Shown here: positions 47,526 through 57,618 of the stretch, piece after piece
Layout: each line of letters begins with the position of its first letter
Position numbering within the stretch: position 1 is the first letter of the stretch
Origin: a virus
Lineage: Duplodnaviria > Caudoviricetes
DNA length: 62,982 nt
Direction: 5' to 3' (one strand)
IMG/VR virus record: IMGVR_UViG_3300042924_002983
Coordinates: 1 to 62,982 of that record
Program-made: the position numbers and the translations under genes
The notes under the pieces: model-generated
The model's input: only the letters and a program-made list of their open reading frames with translations
What the model was told of the DNA's origin: nothing
Database searches by the model: none

Positions 47526-48988
47526 CAGATGCGCGGCCTCAAGTAAACCAGCTGGTCTGCCTTTTGCACTACTGTGATGTCCACTCTCTTTGACTCATAC
47601 TCTTCATCCAGCAACACCTCGTCGTCCTTCAAAGTCCCTTCCCCCGTAGGCTCCGTGACAGCCACGTAACCATCCAAGGACACCTGCACATCGGTAGTGC
47701 CTGCCGTCAATGTGACGGTCGCTCCCGCAGCACTGACCGTGACGGCAGATGTGGTGCTGCCGGTCGTTGGACTGAACGTGCCGCCGTTCACCTTGAGCGA
47801 CACGGACGAAGACGCAGAAGACTTTGTCAGCGTGATCGTCGGCGTGTTGACGGTCACGGACTTGGACGACCCCGGCGAGACGAGAGTCACGTTCCCGTCC
47901 ACCTTCCCTTGGCTGGTAATGGACACGCTCGGCGCGCCTGTGAAGACAACGCTCTTGGTCACGCTTGTCGTTGTCAGGACAAGTTTGCAAGAAGCATCCA
48001 AATAGCCGCCGGTGGGAATGTCTAGCGTGACCGTTCCTGCCAGCGTTCCAAGCGCACCAGTGGCCGCGATGCCGGTTGGGGTTGCTGAAAACGTACCGCT
48101 GGTAGGTATGTCAACGGAAGCCGTCAGCGGGCCGCACGTTGCGTTAGGGTACGTGTCGTAGAAGATTGTGCCGGTCGCCGTGGCGCCCGATAGAGTTCCC
48201 CCAGTGATGGTCGGTATCGTTATCGTACCACTGGCTTCGATGGCACTTAGGGTCGCGCTTTCGACGGTCGGGACTTCTACCTGCCCCGTAACCGTAAACT
48301 CCCTGTCTACCTCAGTGGTGCCGACCGTTACCGCCTTGTCGTACACGCGGGCGTTGGTGGCGTGTGGCACATCCACCTTGCCGTTAACAGTCACGCTTTT
48401 CAGAATGCGGGCGTTGCCGGTAGGGAAATTCTGTTGCTCACCGCCTGGGCCACCGCGAAAAATGACGGTGGTGATGCCGTCGCGCCCGTTGAAGCCATCG
48501 CGGCCATCGCGACCTTGGCTGCCAACGTAGGTGTTGTTGATGTATTCAACATTCAGATTGGTAGTGTTGAGGTTCTGGGTGGTAGTGTTGTTGATGTAGG
48601 TGTTGTCGAACGTGCTGTTGCCAGCGACATTGAACGTATCGCCGCCGAAGTAGTTGTTGTAGTTGAAGTCTTGGTTGATCGGGAAATTGAACTGGTGACC
48701 GTCGTAGTTGTTGGTGTTGGTGGTGTTGGTGTAGGTGTCGCCAGCGACATCAACGAACGTATCTTGGCCAGCGGTAGGAATCAGTCCGGGGTAGTCGGAT
48801 GTCTTCCACACTCCTTTTCTTGCCAGCCCGCCAGGGCCGGTTGAGGTAGGCGGCTGAAGATTCACAGCGCCGCGGTGCGAGAGCGGTTGCTGGCAGTTGC
48901 CAAGAGCCTGCATCAGCTGCCGCAACGCGGCTTCTGGCAGAGCGCCGGAAAGAGCCTGCGCCAGCTGTGGCATGCTTTGTGTAAACAC
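47525..48988 (-). CDS. T/N/G-rich tail-associated protein
   Basis: Short collagen-like GRDGRDGFNGRDG, Thr-rich beta region. Confidence 0.65.
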   Translation of the reverse strand: MFTQSMPQLAQALSGALPEAALRQLMQALGNCQQPLSHRGAVNLQPPTSTGPGGLARKGVWKTSDYPGLIPTAGQDTFVDVAGDTYTNTTNTNNYDGHQFNFPINQDFNYNNYFGGDTFNVAGNSTFDNTYINNTTTQNLNTTNLNVEYINNTYVGSQGRDGRDGFNGRDGITTVIFRGGPGGEQQNFPTGNARILKSVTVNGKVDVPHATNARVYDKAVTVGTTEVDREFTVTGQVEVPTVESATLSAIEASGTITIPTITGGTLSGATATGTIFYDTYPNATCGPLTASVDIPTSGTFSATPTGIAATGALGTLAGTVTLDIPTGGYLDASCKLVLTTTSVTKSVVFTGAPSVSITSQGKVDGNVTLVSPGSSKSVTVNTPTITLTKSSASSSVSLKVNGGTFSPTTGSTTSAVTVSAAGATVTLTAGTTDVQVSLDGYVAVTEPTGEGTLKDDEVLLDEEYESKRVDITVVQKADQLVYLRPRI

Positions 48989-51573
48989 TACTTTGCACCC
49001 TCCACAACGACCGCGTGTATAGCAGGTGCATTTGCGGACGAAGACTGTGTGCCAGCAAACGCTATGGCGACATGCCTGTCGGCCCCAGCGGATCGCTCTT
49101 CATTGCCGCCGCTGAACATGGCGCGTGCCACACCGCTTGCCTCACCAAGGGCAGAGCGAGTGCGCTTCATGTTCAGAACAGACTCCGCGCCGGGGACGAC
49201 CGGGACAAATCCATCACCCCGATCACTGGCAACGGCATTCGGCCTTGGGGTGTCGGAGCCGTTGAAGTAGCGGGATAGCGAGAGCGGGGCATCGCCCGTA
49301 GTCGGCGTGTACAGCAAGCTCACGGCCTGCCTACTGTCCTCAGTCACTAGCTGCAGATTGCCAGAGCGGAAGCTGTACGGGATGGCAGTGCCATTGTCTG
49401 AGTAGCCTGCCATCCGTACGAACCCAGACGCTGCGTACGCAACCCCTTGCTGCCCGCCAATAGCGTATGGTGCCGCGGCCGTCAGTGGCACTGCGTACTG
49501 TTCTTCCCACCAAGACTTTGTGGTTAACGAATAGCAGAGCGCACGGGAAGGAGAGGCGTCAGTGGAGTTGCAGTAGAAGAATCGGACAACCTTGGTGGCC
49601 AGGTCGGCCCGCACAAAAAACTGGGAGGACTTTGAGAAGTCGATGATGCCGTCGCGCCAGTAGTTGTCCACCGGCAAAGAGATCGGCTGGTCACTCTGGC
49701 CTTCAAAGACATACATCCCGTAGCTATCCGCAATGAAAGCCACGCCACCCATCACATCCCAGCAGCGGCTGTTCAGAACCCCGCGGTAGGCCACCAGCAT
49801 GATGCTTGCATCTAGCACGGGCTGGGCCACGTAGGTCAGCTTGTATAGATGCCTGGACTGGGCGGCGATTAGAGAGGATCCCAGAGGGATGAGAGCTACC
49901 ACCGCATCAGAGTCGCCCGCGTTTTCTTGGACAACAATCTCATTTTCCAAGGGGATGGATTCCGGCTCGTCCACCTCTGAGAAGTAGAGGCTGTTGGGCT
50001 TCTCTCCAGTCGTATCCACGGCCAGCCAGCAGCGGTCTTGGAACATGCACGCCACGGAGAAATTCCCTGGCGGCACACCAAAGCGGCGGGCGTTTAGCTG
50101 GCCGCTAGGCAGGGTCACGGGCAGCAGGCCGTAGCCATCGCGCTCAGCGTCTGACAGCTGCTCGTCTGTGAACGTATCCGTGAACGTGCCAGTGAAATTC
50201 CCAGCAGACCGCAGGATTTTTGCCACGCGGAACAGAAGAACGCTCTGGTCGGAGGTGGTGCGCCACAACTCTACGGCCGAGACACGGTCGTCCAGCCCCG
50301 CGTGCGCAAGAGTCCAAGTTAAAGAGGAAGCTCCGTTTTGAACGTCCACCTCAATCAATTCAGAAATCGAAGAACTGATCGGCCCGCGGAACTTCTCTGG
50401 CGTGGAGTCGATATAGCGGATCGCGCACTTGTACTTGCCCCGCATGACGTTGGAGATAGTTGCGGTGGCAGTCGCGTTGTAGTCGCCAAGAGAGACAGTC
50501 GGCGGCAAGGCGTAGCCGCCAGCGCCAAAGACAGTGACCTTCGTTATGCTGCCCCCTGACACCGCCGCAGTCGCCGCGGCAGCGGAGGCTGTATCGTCGG
50601 TGGCGTCGGGCTGAAAGGAGATGGCGGGTGGCGCAAGAAAGCCGGTCCCTCCGCTGGTCACAGTCACAGCCGCTACACCGTACAGCATGCCGACAGACAG
50701 GACGGCACCAGCGCCGCCGCCTCCTACCAGCGAGGCAGTCACAGCACCAGTAGCTCCCTTCCCGCCAGAGCGCAGGTCTACGGACGCAACCGCTCCCGAC
50801 TCAGAGATGGTGACGACAGCATTCGCGCTAGTCAGACCCTGCGCGCTGGAGAACACAACCGTGGGTGCGGTGGTATAGCCAGAGCCACCATTGACCACCG
50901 TGACTGCCTGCACGGACCCTGACACTCCAAGAGAGAACGAAGCACCGGAAGCATTGCTGTTGCTGATCGACACAGAGGGAGCGGATGTGTAGCCTGCCCC
51001 CGGCTCCGAGACGGTGATGCCGACAACCCGTCCTCCTGCGACATCCGCTCGCGCCACTGCCGTCTTTGTTGGTGACCCGCCAGAGAAGGTGACTGTCGGA
51101 GCCGCGGAGTAACCGTTGCCGGGGCTGACGACATTGACGGCATCCACATAGCCAGCCATGGAGGAACTGGCGATGGCGACAGCCGGTCCCTTGTATGGCT
51201 TTTGCAATCCGATGGGTTGCATGGTGCCCGCAGAGCCGTCCCAGCGTAGGCCGCGCCCCATGCCGTCGAACACGTACAGATCATTGAATCGCGAACGGAC
51301 AAAGGACGCAGGAATAACCGCGCCGGTGTACACGCTCGCGGATGCTTGTGCGTTGCCCGAGATGGTGACCGTTGGCGCGGATGTGTAGCCTGTTCCACCG
51401 TTGGTGATAACAACAGACTCAACCTGCGTACCGGCCATGTGGGCAAGTCCGGCAGCACCCGCACCACCGCCGCCAGAAAAGCTCACTGAAGGTGGGGCGG
51501 TGTAGCCGGAACCGCCAGTAGTCATTGAGATTGAGACGACTTGGCCGGATCGACGTTGGGCCAGATAGGTCAT
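48988..51573 (-). CDS. Tail nozzle/stabilisation protein with inserted GSGYT.APTV repeats
   Basis: LYFSEVDEPES beta-propeller-like region after the adaptor gene; about five repeats. Confidence 0.7.
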   Translation of the reverse strand: MTYLAQRRSGQVVSISMTTGGSGYTAPPSVSFSGGGGAGAAGLAHMAGTQVESVVITNGGTGYTSAPTVTISGNAQASASVYTGAVIPASFVRSRFNDLYVFDGMGRGLRWDGSAGTMQPIGLQKPYKGPAVAIASSSMAGYVDAVNVVSPGNGYSAAPTVTFSGGSPTKTAVARADVAGGRVVGITVSEPGAGYTSAPSVSISNSNASGASFSLGVSGSVQAVTVVNGGSGYTTAPTVVFSSAQGLTSANAVVTISESGAVASVDLRSGGKGATGAVTASLVGGGGAGAVLSVGMLYGVAAVTVTSGGTGFLAPPAISFQPDATDDTASAAAATAAVSGGSITKVTVFGAGGYALPPTVSLGDYNATATATISNVMRGKYKCAIRYIDSTPEKFRGPISSSISELIEVDVQNGASSLTWTLAHAGLDDRVSAVELWRTTSDQSVLLFRVAKILRSAGNFTGTFTDTFTDEQLSDAERDGYGLLPVTLPSGQLNARRFGVPPGNFSVACMFQDRCWLAVDTTGEKPNSLYFSEVDEPESIPLENEIVVQENAGDSDAVVALIPLGSSLIAAQSRHLYKLTYVAQPVLDASIMLVAYRGVLNSRCWDVMGGVAFIADSYGMYVFEGQSDQPISLPVDNYWRDGIIDFSKSSQFFVRADLATKVVRFFYCNSTDASPSRALCYSLTTKSWWEEQYAVPLTAAAPYAIGGQQGVAYAASGFVRMAGYSDNGTAIPYSFRSGNLQLVTEDSRQAVSLLYTPTTGDAPLSLSRYFNGSDTPRPNAVASDRGDGFVPVVPGAESVLNMKRTRSALGEASGVARAMFSGGNEERSAGADRHVAIAFAGTQSSSANAPAIHAVVVEGAK

Positions 51574-51848
51574 TAGGCGCTACCTGTCTTTACGGAGGAG
51601 TAGATGCGTCCGGCTGAATCTTGGTAGACGAGATGCTCGCCTGTGCCGCTCTGGTATCGGAAGGCAGATACAATCGGAGATGCCGTGGAGTCGGCAGAAG
51701 TGAACGTGATGGGCGACAGGCCCGAACGAACGGTGAGCTTCCCGGGCACCAAGCACTGCAGGTTGATTTGCTGTACCGTGGACCCGGGAGGTGTGGCATA
51801 CGACGATGCGTTGGTGACCAGCCCCGCCCACTTGTCGATAACGATCAT
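51573..51848 (-). CDS. Nozzle N-terminal segment as a separate ORF
   Basis: W.GL......PPG.....N....G.L..R.G resembles nozzle N-termini. Confidence 0.55.
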   Translation of the reverse strand: MIVIDKWAGLVTNASSYATPPGSTVQQINLQCLVPGKLTVRSGLSPITFTSADSTASPIVSAFRYQSGTGEHLVYQDSAGRIYSSVKTGSA

Positions 51849-52987
51849 GGGTTGCCTCCATCAAAGTTGTCGGCCTGCAGCGGAGTCCTCCACGCCATAG
51901 CGTCGAAGATCACTCGCTGCGGTTGCTGGAATGGAGTAAGGGCATCCGACTCCATGGCCAGCCGCAAGTCCCGCTGGTACATGGCAAAGGCGTTGTCGGG
52001 CTTGGTGTTGCGCGTGCGGGCCAGCCAGTACGCAGCACAGGACAAGAACCCGTTATTCATCCCGGGCGACATGTCCACAATGTCGGTGACGAGATACTTC
52101 GCGCCAGTGGCCGTGAGGGAGGTAGCCAACGTGCAAGAGGTCGCGCTGGCGACCGAAGCGATGACTGCCTCGCCTTGGTAGGGTAGGAGCGAACCGTCGC
52201 TACCAGGGAAATCCGTGGAGGTTCCCACTCGCAGGACTGAACCCACCATGGCGGCTGTGAATGCAGTGCCCGTTCCCGTGACGGCTGTGCCCGCAATGGT
52301 CACCGTGCCCTGACGCGAGCCAGCCTCATGGCCTGAGATCCGCAGGCGGCGGGGGAGGCGTCGGTACGTGAAGTCCAAGTTGGAGTTGGCTACCGGATAC
52401 CCAACAACCTTAATCGCCCACCCAGTGCCATGCGGATCCTTGATGACCGTCCACGCATGCGGCGGTCCCGCAAGGTTGTTGGCGTTCTCCAGCTTCATCG
52501 CTTGGTCTGCGGACACGTAGATGAACCGCGTCCAAGCGACATGGTCGATTGGGGAGTCCAGCGACCGGAAGTCGGACGGCAGAGGGAAGGTGTCTTGGTA
52601 CAGCGTGGCAGCGGTGGGATTGAGGAAATCGCTGGAAGGAGTCAGGATCGGGTCGCAGAGCAGTCGGGTGCTGCTGACGCGAGTGGCGATCTTCGCGACC
52701 GTGTTGTTGAGGCGCATGCGAGACAGCGCCGAGTTAGTCGGGAATGCGTCCCCAGACGACAGGTCGAAGAACCTTGTGTCTTGGCTGTAGGTGACCGAGC
52801 CGTACCAGTTGATGGAGAACCGGATGCGGCCATGAGTCTGGTAGTAGTTCCAGTCGCGGATCGTTGAGAGTTCGCTGTACGCGCGCTGGATGGATGTGCG
52901 GATGTCGGTCTGCTCTGCATCCTGCGGTCCACCAGAACTGCTGGTGATGAGATGTTCGACTGCGTCGTAGTAGGTAAGCACGGTCAC
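51845..52987 (-). CDS. Head-tail adaptor (tubular protein A-like)
   Basis: I..A..E......W; LPSDF; position before the nozzle. Confidence 0.65.
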   Translation of the reverse strand: MTVLTYYDAVEHLITSSSGGPQDAEQTDIRTSIQRAYSELSTIRDWNYYQTHGRIRFSINWYGSVTYSQDTRFFDLSSGDAFPTNSALSRMRLNNTVAKIATRVSSTRLLCDPILTPSSDFLNPTAATLYQDTFPLPSDFRSLDSPIDHVAWTRFIYVSADQAMKLENANNLAGPPHAWTVIKDPHGTGWAIKVVGYPVANSNLDFTYRRLPRRLRISGHEAGSRQGTVTIAGTAVTGTGTAFTAAMVGSVLRVGTSTDFPGSDGSLLPYQGEAVIASVASATSCTLATSLTATGAKYLVTDIVDMSPGMNNGFLSCAAYWLARTRNTKPDNAFAMYQRDLRLAMESDALTPFQQPQRVIFDAMAWRTPLQADNFDGGNP

Positions 52988-53232
52988 GCTTCTCCGTTCA
53001 GACTAGCTTGGTATGCGGCAATAACTTCAGCAGTGTGAGCCGCCTCGCATACGGCTTGAACAAGCGGAATCTCGGACGAGTAGTCGTCGCCCGGGTGAAT
53101 GATGTGACGATGGAAGTTGCGCGCGATCTCCGCATCCCCGTCGCGAACAATGATTGCCTCACGTACTTGGACGGAGCGATGCGCGCCCACAACTTCCACC
53201 CGATCTACTTCTGACGTTTGCGTAAGTGCCAT
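52984..53232 (-). CDS. Small fibre-associated protein
   Basis: MALT....D..EV......QVR...I..DG.EI.R.FHR, directly after a fibre gene. Confidence 0.7.
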   Translation of the reverse strand: MALTQTSEVDRVEVVGAHRSVQVREAIIVRDGDAEIARNFHRHIIHPGDDYSSEIPLVQAVCEAAHTAEVIAAYQASLNGEA

Positions 53233-53234
53233 AT

Positions 53235-55265
53235 TTAGTCTGCCGTGTAGAGGACCGTGAACCCAACGGTCCATCCTGGGGTTTTAAAATCGCTAGCTGT
53301 AAAGCCTTCGGCGTTGGCCTTTACCAGAGTCGCTGTAGACGATCCGCCATCGGGACCATAAAGCATAGGCGGGGCCACTACGCCAGCAGCGAAGGCGTTG
53401 CTGTAGTGAACAACACCACCTCCGACAGATGCCGAAGAAGCGGTGAATGGCAGCGAGATCCCAACAGGCGACCCGCTGCCAGTGAACGCGCTCACGCCAA
53501 GCCGAATGTGGGCTGTAACATGCTGCCCAATTTTGATGTATCGTCCCACTGCGTTGATGACGGTCACAGACGAAAAGCCCGAGACAAAGGTAGGAGTCCA
53601 TGTTCCTTCCTCGTAATCGTCCAACGTGTTGGCAGCGGCTGTATTCGTTCCAAACAGAACTCCCGTTGAGGCGCGGATAGCTCCTGCCACATCCAGCTTG
53701 ACGGCAGGGCTGGAAGTGCCGATGCCCACGTTGCCGCCGTTCTGAAGCGTCATGAGCGTAACGCCGCCCGCGGCACTGATAGCCGCATCGGGAGTGGCGT
53801 GTGCGCTCACCGCACCGAAGTACACGTAACCGCCGCCGATTCCGTAAGCCGACCCAACCCCGTACTGCGAGTCATTGGACCGACACAGCGAGCGGCCACC
53901 TGAGATGTTAAGGCCCGTCTGCCCCGTGATGGCTCCGGTGCAGGTCAGCGCGCCCGAGATGGTGTCGCCTGCCTTGGACACCGCGTTGAGTGTTGTGCGA
54001 ACCGCAGCCGCATCCGCTCCGGCCAGAATGCTTCGACCGAACGCAGTGCAGGTGATTTCTTCAATGACACCAGCCCCCGCAGTGGACCGGCCAAGAAGCC
54101 TGTCAGTGGCAGAGACGTTCTGAATCTTGGCGTAGGTGACTGCACTGCCAGCAATGTCGGCTGTGATCACAGCGCTGGCATTGATTGTCCACGTTTCACC
54201 AGAGCCGCTGACGGTGATGTCACCCTTGTTGCCGTCGCTGATCGAACTGCCAGACGAAACGGTCACAGCCCCAGTTAAGCCGTTCACGCTTGTCACGGGT
54301 CCATACTTTGCCGCTTCCGTTGCGAAGTCTGTGATCGTTGACGCAGCCTGCGTGTGAGCCAGAGGCGTGCGCGCGTCAGAAAGCCTGGAGTCGTTGCCTT
54401 GGCAGAAAGAACCCGCTGCCGTCCCAAATGCGCCCGCGCTCAACACGCCAGAGGTGGTGGTGATGATTGGCAACCCAGAGGTAGACCCAATAGCACCGGC
54501 GTTCGTTATGCTGCCGTGCGTGTGGGCGGCGGGCGTGCGTGCGTCCGACAATCGCGAGTCGTTGCCCTGGCAGAAAGATCCAGCCGCAGTCCCGAACGCT
54601 CCGACTGTTAGAACACCGCTGGTGGTGGTGATGATCGGCAGTCCCGATGTGGAACCGATGGCACCGGCGTTAGTGATGTTGCCGTGGACATGCGAGGCGG
54701 GCGTGCGCGCGTCAGAAAGCCTGGAGTCCGTTGTCACCACCACCGCAACGCCGCCAACCGTCAGGGTGCCCGGGATGGACGCGGCCCCGTCGTTCGTAAA
54801 CGACATGAGCGCCCCGCCGCCAGCCTTGCTGATTTGCGCTCCGGGGGTTGGCGTACCGTCTGTGGCACCAAAGTACACTGGACCGCCGGTTGACACATAC
54901 CGCACGCCCAGGCCATACGGCTCACTGGCGGGCGCTAGAAATGTTCTCCCGCCCGTGACGGTCAGTGGCGTGGCCGCATTGATCGCCAGCCCGCCTGTCA
55001 TGGTGTCGCCGGTCACGTTCACGTAACGCCCGTCCGCGGCAGTCTGTGTAATCGCGCCAATGTCCGCAGCGGACAGGGCATCGGAGCCGCCAGTAGCGTG
55101 CGAGGACTTATGGGCCGTAGGCAGGGACAGGAACGTCGATACGCCCCCGGCGGCAGTCTGGTAGTACAGCTTGCCATCCGCTTGGTTAATGGCGATTTCG
55201 CCGTCAGCCAGCGAGGCTGGGACTTGTCCGGCCGTGTTGCTGCGTTTTAGGCGGGGAGGGGGCAT
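53235..55265 (-). CDS. Tail fibre protein
   Basis: GNVGIGTSSP, LDDYEEGTWTP, GRYIKIG..V; internal repeats. Confidence 0.85.
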   Translation of the reverse strand: MPPPRLKRSNTAGQVPASLADGEIAINQADGKLYYQTAAGGVSTFLSLPTAHKSSHATGGSDALSAADIGAITQTAADGRYVNVTGDTMTGGLAINAATPLTVTGGRTFLAPASEPYGLGVRYVSTGGPVYFGATDGTPTPGAQISKAGGGALMSFTNDGAASIPGTLTVGGVAVVVTTDSRLSDARTPASHVHGNITNAGAIGSTSGLPIITTTSGVLTVGAFGTAAGSFCQGNDSRLSDARTPAAHTHGSITNAGAIGSTSGLPIITTTSGVLSAGAFGTAAGSFCQGNDSRLSDARTPLAHTQAASTITDFATEAAKYGPVTSVNGLTGAVTVSSGSSISDGNKGDITVSGSGETWTINASAVITADIAGSAVTYAKIQNVSATDRLLGRSTAGAGVIEEITCTAFGRSILAGADAAAVRTTLNAVSKAGDTISGALTCTGAITGQTGLNISGGRSLCRSNDSQYGVGSAYGIGGGYVYFGAVSAHATPDAAISAAGGVTLMTLQNGGNVGIGTSSPAVKLDVAGAIRASTGVLFGTNTAAANTLDDYEEGTWTPTFVSGFSSVTVINAVGRYIKIGQHVTAHIRLGVSAFTGSGSPVGISLPFTASSASVGGGVVHYSNAFAAGVVAPPMLYGPDGGSSTATLVKANAEGFTASDFKTPGWTVGFTVLYTAD
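54350..54730. repeat. Intragenic tandem repeat (159-bp unit, about 2.3 copies)
   Basis: DSRLSDARTP occurs three times; GAIGSTSGLPIITTTSGVL twice. Confidence 0.85.
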
Positions 55266-55285
55266 GGCAGTCCTACGAAATGGGC

Positions 55286-55301
55286 CTATAGGCTATTGCC
55301 C
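55286..55301 (-). promoter_or_regulatory. Late-promoter motif upstream of the tail fibre gene
   Basis: GGGCAATAGC-CTA-TAG. Confidence 0.55.
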
Positions 55302-55333
55302 GAGAAAGGCGCGGAGAGCGGCGAGGGGGATGG

Positions 55334-56257
55334 TCATGGATTCGGGAACGCTGCCGCAGGAGGAGTGAACGCAGATGTATAGCGGGCAGCAGTGGTAATA
55401 CGTATCTCGTCCATCCTGCCGTCCCAGTAGCCTGCAAATGTAGAACTGCCGTTTACGTTGTACTCCCATGTGCCGATATATAAAGGATGTGTCGAAGCCA
55501 CCGGGGCACCAAGACTGGAGATTGTGCCAACCAACTGGCCGCCCGCAAATACATAGCCAGACGTGCCAGACCGCACCATTGCTAAATGCGTCCACGTATT
55601 GGCTGGGAAATACGTTTGCGAAACGTCAACGGTCTGCTCGGTGCTGCCTTGCGACACAAAGTAAAATCGCATGTAAGTGCCGAGCGCGCGAATGGATGCA
55701 GTCATCCCGTCCCAAGAAGTGCCTGCCGTAGAATATCTGCCTCGGTGAAGAATGCCTCCAGAAAGCGTTGAGCTATTCGGGTATATCCAGCACTCCAGCG
55801 TGTAATTGCTGCCCAGATCAAGACTGGATGAGGACGGCACAGTCAGGTAATCGGTATAGCCGTTAAACGCGAGCGCCCCGCTGCCGAAACGGGGCGTGCC
55901 CGTGGCAGTAGGTGAACCGTAGGGCGTTACCGTTCTCGCGTAAGTGGACGAGTCCGCCAGCGTGCCATCAGCGTGCATAAGCAAAACAACACTGCTGGCA
56001 AAAGCGTCTGTTTCCCACGTTGACACTGCCGCACGCTTCCAGGTGTTCGTAGCCGTTGCGACATAGAAAAATCCACTGGCGTTGTCGTACGCGATGCTCC
56101 CCGCTGCTCCTTCTGCCGTTGCGGACGCTGGCGCGGCTGACCAGCTTAGACCACCACTCGCGACGAGTTCCCAAGCCACGCCCGTCCACGCCCAAGTGCG
56201 ACCGTTGGATGTGTATAGCTGTCCCGTTGTGGGCGATGCTGGAGGGGTGAGGGGCAT
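55334..56257 (-). CDS. LamG/concanavalin-A-like domain virion protein
   Basis: YTLECWIYP, WTHLAMVR, G.MDEIRIT..ARY. Confidence 0.85.
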   Translation of the reverse strand: MPLTPPASPTTGQLYTSNGRTWAWTGVAWELVASGGLSWSAAPASATAEGAAGSIAYDNASGFFYVATATNTWKRAAVSTWETDAFASSVVLLMHADGTLADSSTYARTVTPYGSPTATGTPRFGSGALAFNGYTDYLTVPSSSSLDLGSNYTLECWIYPNSSTLSGGILHRGRYSTAGTSWDGMTASIRALGTYMRFYFVSQGSTEQTVDVSQTYFPANTWTHLAMVRSGTSGYVFAGGQLVGTISSLGAPVASTHPLYIGTWEYNVNGSSTFAGYWDGRMDEIRITTAARYTSAFTPPAAAFPNP

Positions 56258-56266
56258 GTGCTAGTC

Positions 56267-57241
56267 CTATGCGATGTTGAGTACGGCCGTGATGCGGTCG
56301 TTGCCCTCTGACACTTCGCTGTCCTTGGTGTACCGAAGGACAAGATATTGCCCCGCCGTGACGGCTACAGTGCCAGTGGACGATGAGGTGCCGGTAACTA
56401 TTCCAGAGGTTACAGTCAGGCCGACCGGGTGATTGCTGTAACCACTATCGGCCAACGAGTGGCTGGCGGGAGACGACGAAGTGCGATAAAGAGCACCACC
56501 GTCAAACCCGTTCTCGCTGCTTGCCGTGACCGTGTAGGAGAGCGTGCCACTAGTCCCGATGAGCAGCCAGAGGCGAGTGTCGTTATTGTCAACGCTGGTC
56601 ACGGTTGCCGTGATGGTGCCCGTGCCTGTCAGGGTGTAAGAGCCGTTCCCAAACTTGTTGGCGTATGCGATTGGGGCCGCAGCCGCAGGCGTTACCGCAG
56701 TGGATGCCGCTGAGTAGCTGCTAGTGCCCACTCCATTCGTCGCGGATACTCTGAAGACAACAGCCGTACCGTTGGTGAGTCCCGTCACGGTGGCCGATGT
56801 AGCGGTTGACGCGGCCCGCGCGAACGTCGTCCAAGTGGAGCCGCTGTTGGTGCTGTACTGAAGGGTGTAGTCGGTTATTGGAGTGACCGAAATGACAGTC
56901 GGTGCTGTCCATGAGACTGTGGCCTGCGCGTTGCCGCCAGTCGCGGTCACGCTCGTTGGGGCAGCGGGAGTGAACAGCGCACGCAGTTCAACGTCCGTGC
57001 CACCACCACTCACACCTAACTCAATGTAAGCGCCCTGCCATTGGTATGTCCTAGCCGTATCGGTCGCAAGGTAAATCACGCCGCCAACCCCGGTTGCGGG
57101 AAAGCCTGCGACTGTCGCCGCAGTGAACACACCGCCACTCGCAGCGACGAGTTCCCACGCGGGGGAATTCCAGACATACGTTCTGCCGTTCTGCTGGCTG
57201 GTCTGTCCAGCGGATGGGGAACCTGGGAAAGAGAGTGGCAT
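56267..57241 (-). CDS. Fibronectin type III domain virion protein
   Basis: P.APT.V......ATVSWTAP...TVTGLTNGT...FRVSA.N.VG. Confidence 0.85.
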   Translation of the reverse strand: MPLSFPGSPSAGQTSQQNGRTYVWNSPAWELVAASGGVFTAATVAGFPATGVGGVIYLATDTARTYQWQGAYIELGVSGGGTDVELRALFTPAAPTSVTATGGNAQATVSWTAPTVISVTPITDYTLQYSTNSGSTWTTFARAASTATSATVTGLTNGTAVVFRVSATNGVGTSSYSAASTAVTPAAAAPIAYANKFGNGSYTLTGTGTITATVTSVDNNDTRLWLLIGTSGTLSYTVTASSENGFDGGALYRTSSSPASHSLADSGYSNHPVGLTVTSGIVTGTSSSTGTVAVTAGQYLVLRYTKDSEVSEGNDRITAVLNIA

Positions 57242-57258
57242 GTGTTACCTAGCCCGAA

Positions 57259-57618
57259 TCAAATGATTGACGCTTCAACAAACGCCTGATCAACCTGCTC
57301 AGCCGTAAGGCCCAAGGCTGTCGCCAAGGGGATAAGCATCTTGTGCGACCGCTCAACGTACGGTGCGTAGTCCCACTCCACTCGCACAGAGTCTCTCTGT
57401 ATCTGATCGGGGATCGCGTCTATAGCTGCATCTACCTGTGCCAGTGAGACGCTGTTCCTAATCAACCAAAGGCGTATCTGGCGAGCAGAGACGCTTGCGG
57501 GAACGAGGGGCGTCTCAGGCTCAACGGCCTGCTGGTTCCTGCCGATGACGTTGCCATCCTCGTCACGCACTTCCCAGACGCGCATGCCATCGATAATGCC
57601 GAGATAGGTGGTGGTCAT
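57259..57618 (-). CDS. Fibre-associated small protein
   Basis: VSARQIRLWL...EWDYA...R...LGLT.EQVD..F. Confidence 0.65.
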   Translation of the reverse strand: MTTTYLGIIDGMRVWEVRDEDGNVIGRNQQAVEPETPLVPASVSARQIRLWLIRNSVSLAQVDAAIDAIPDQIQRDSVRVEWDYAPYVERSHKMLIPLATALGLTAEQVDQAFVEASII

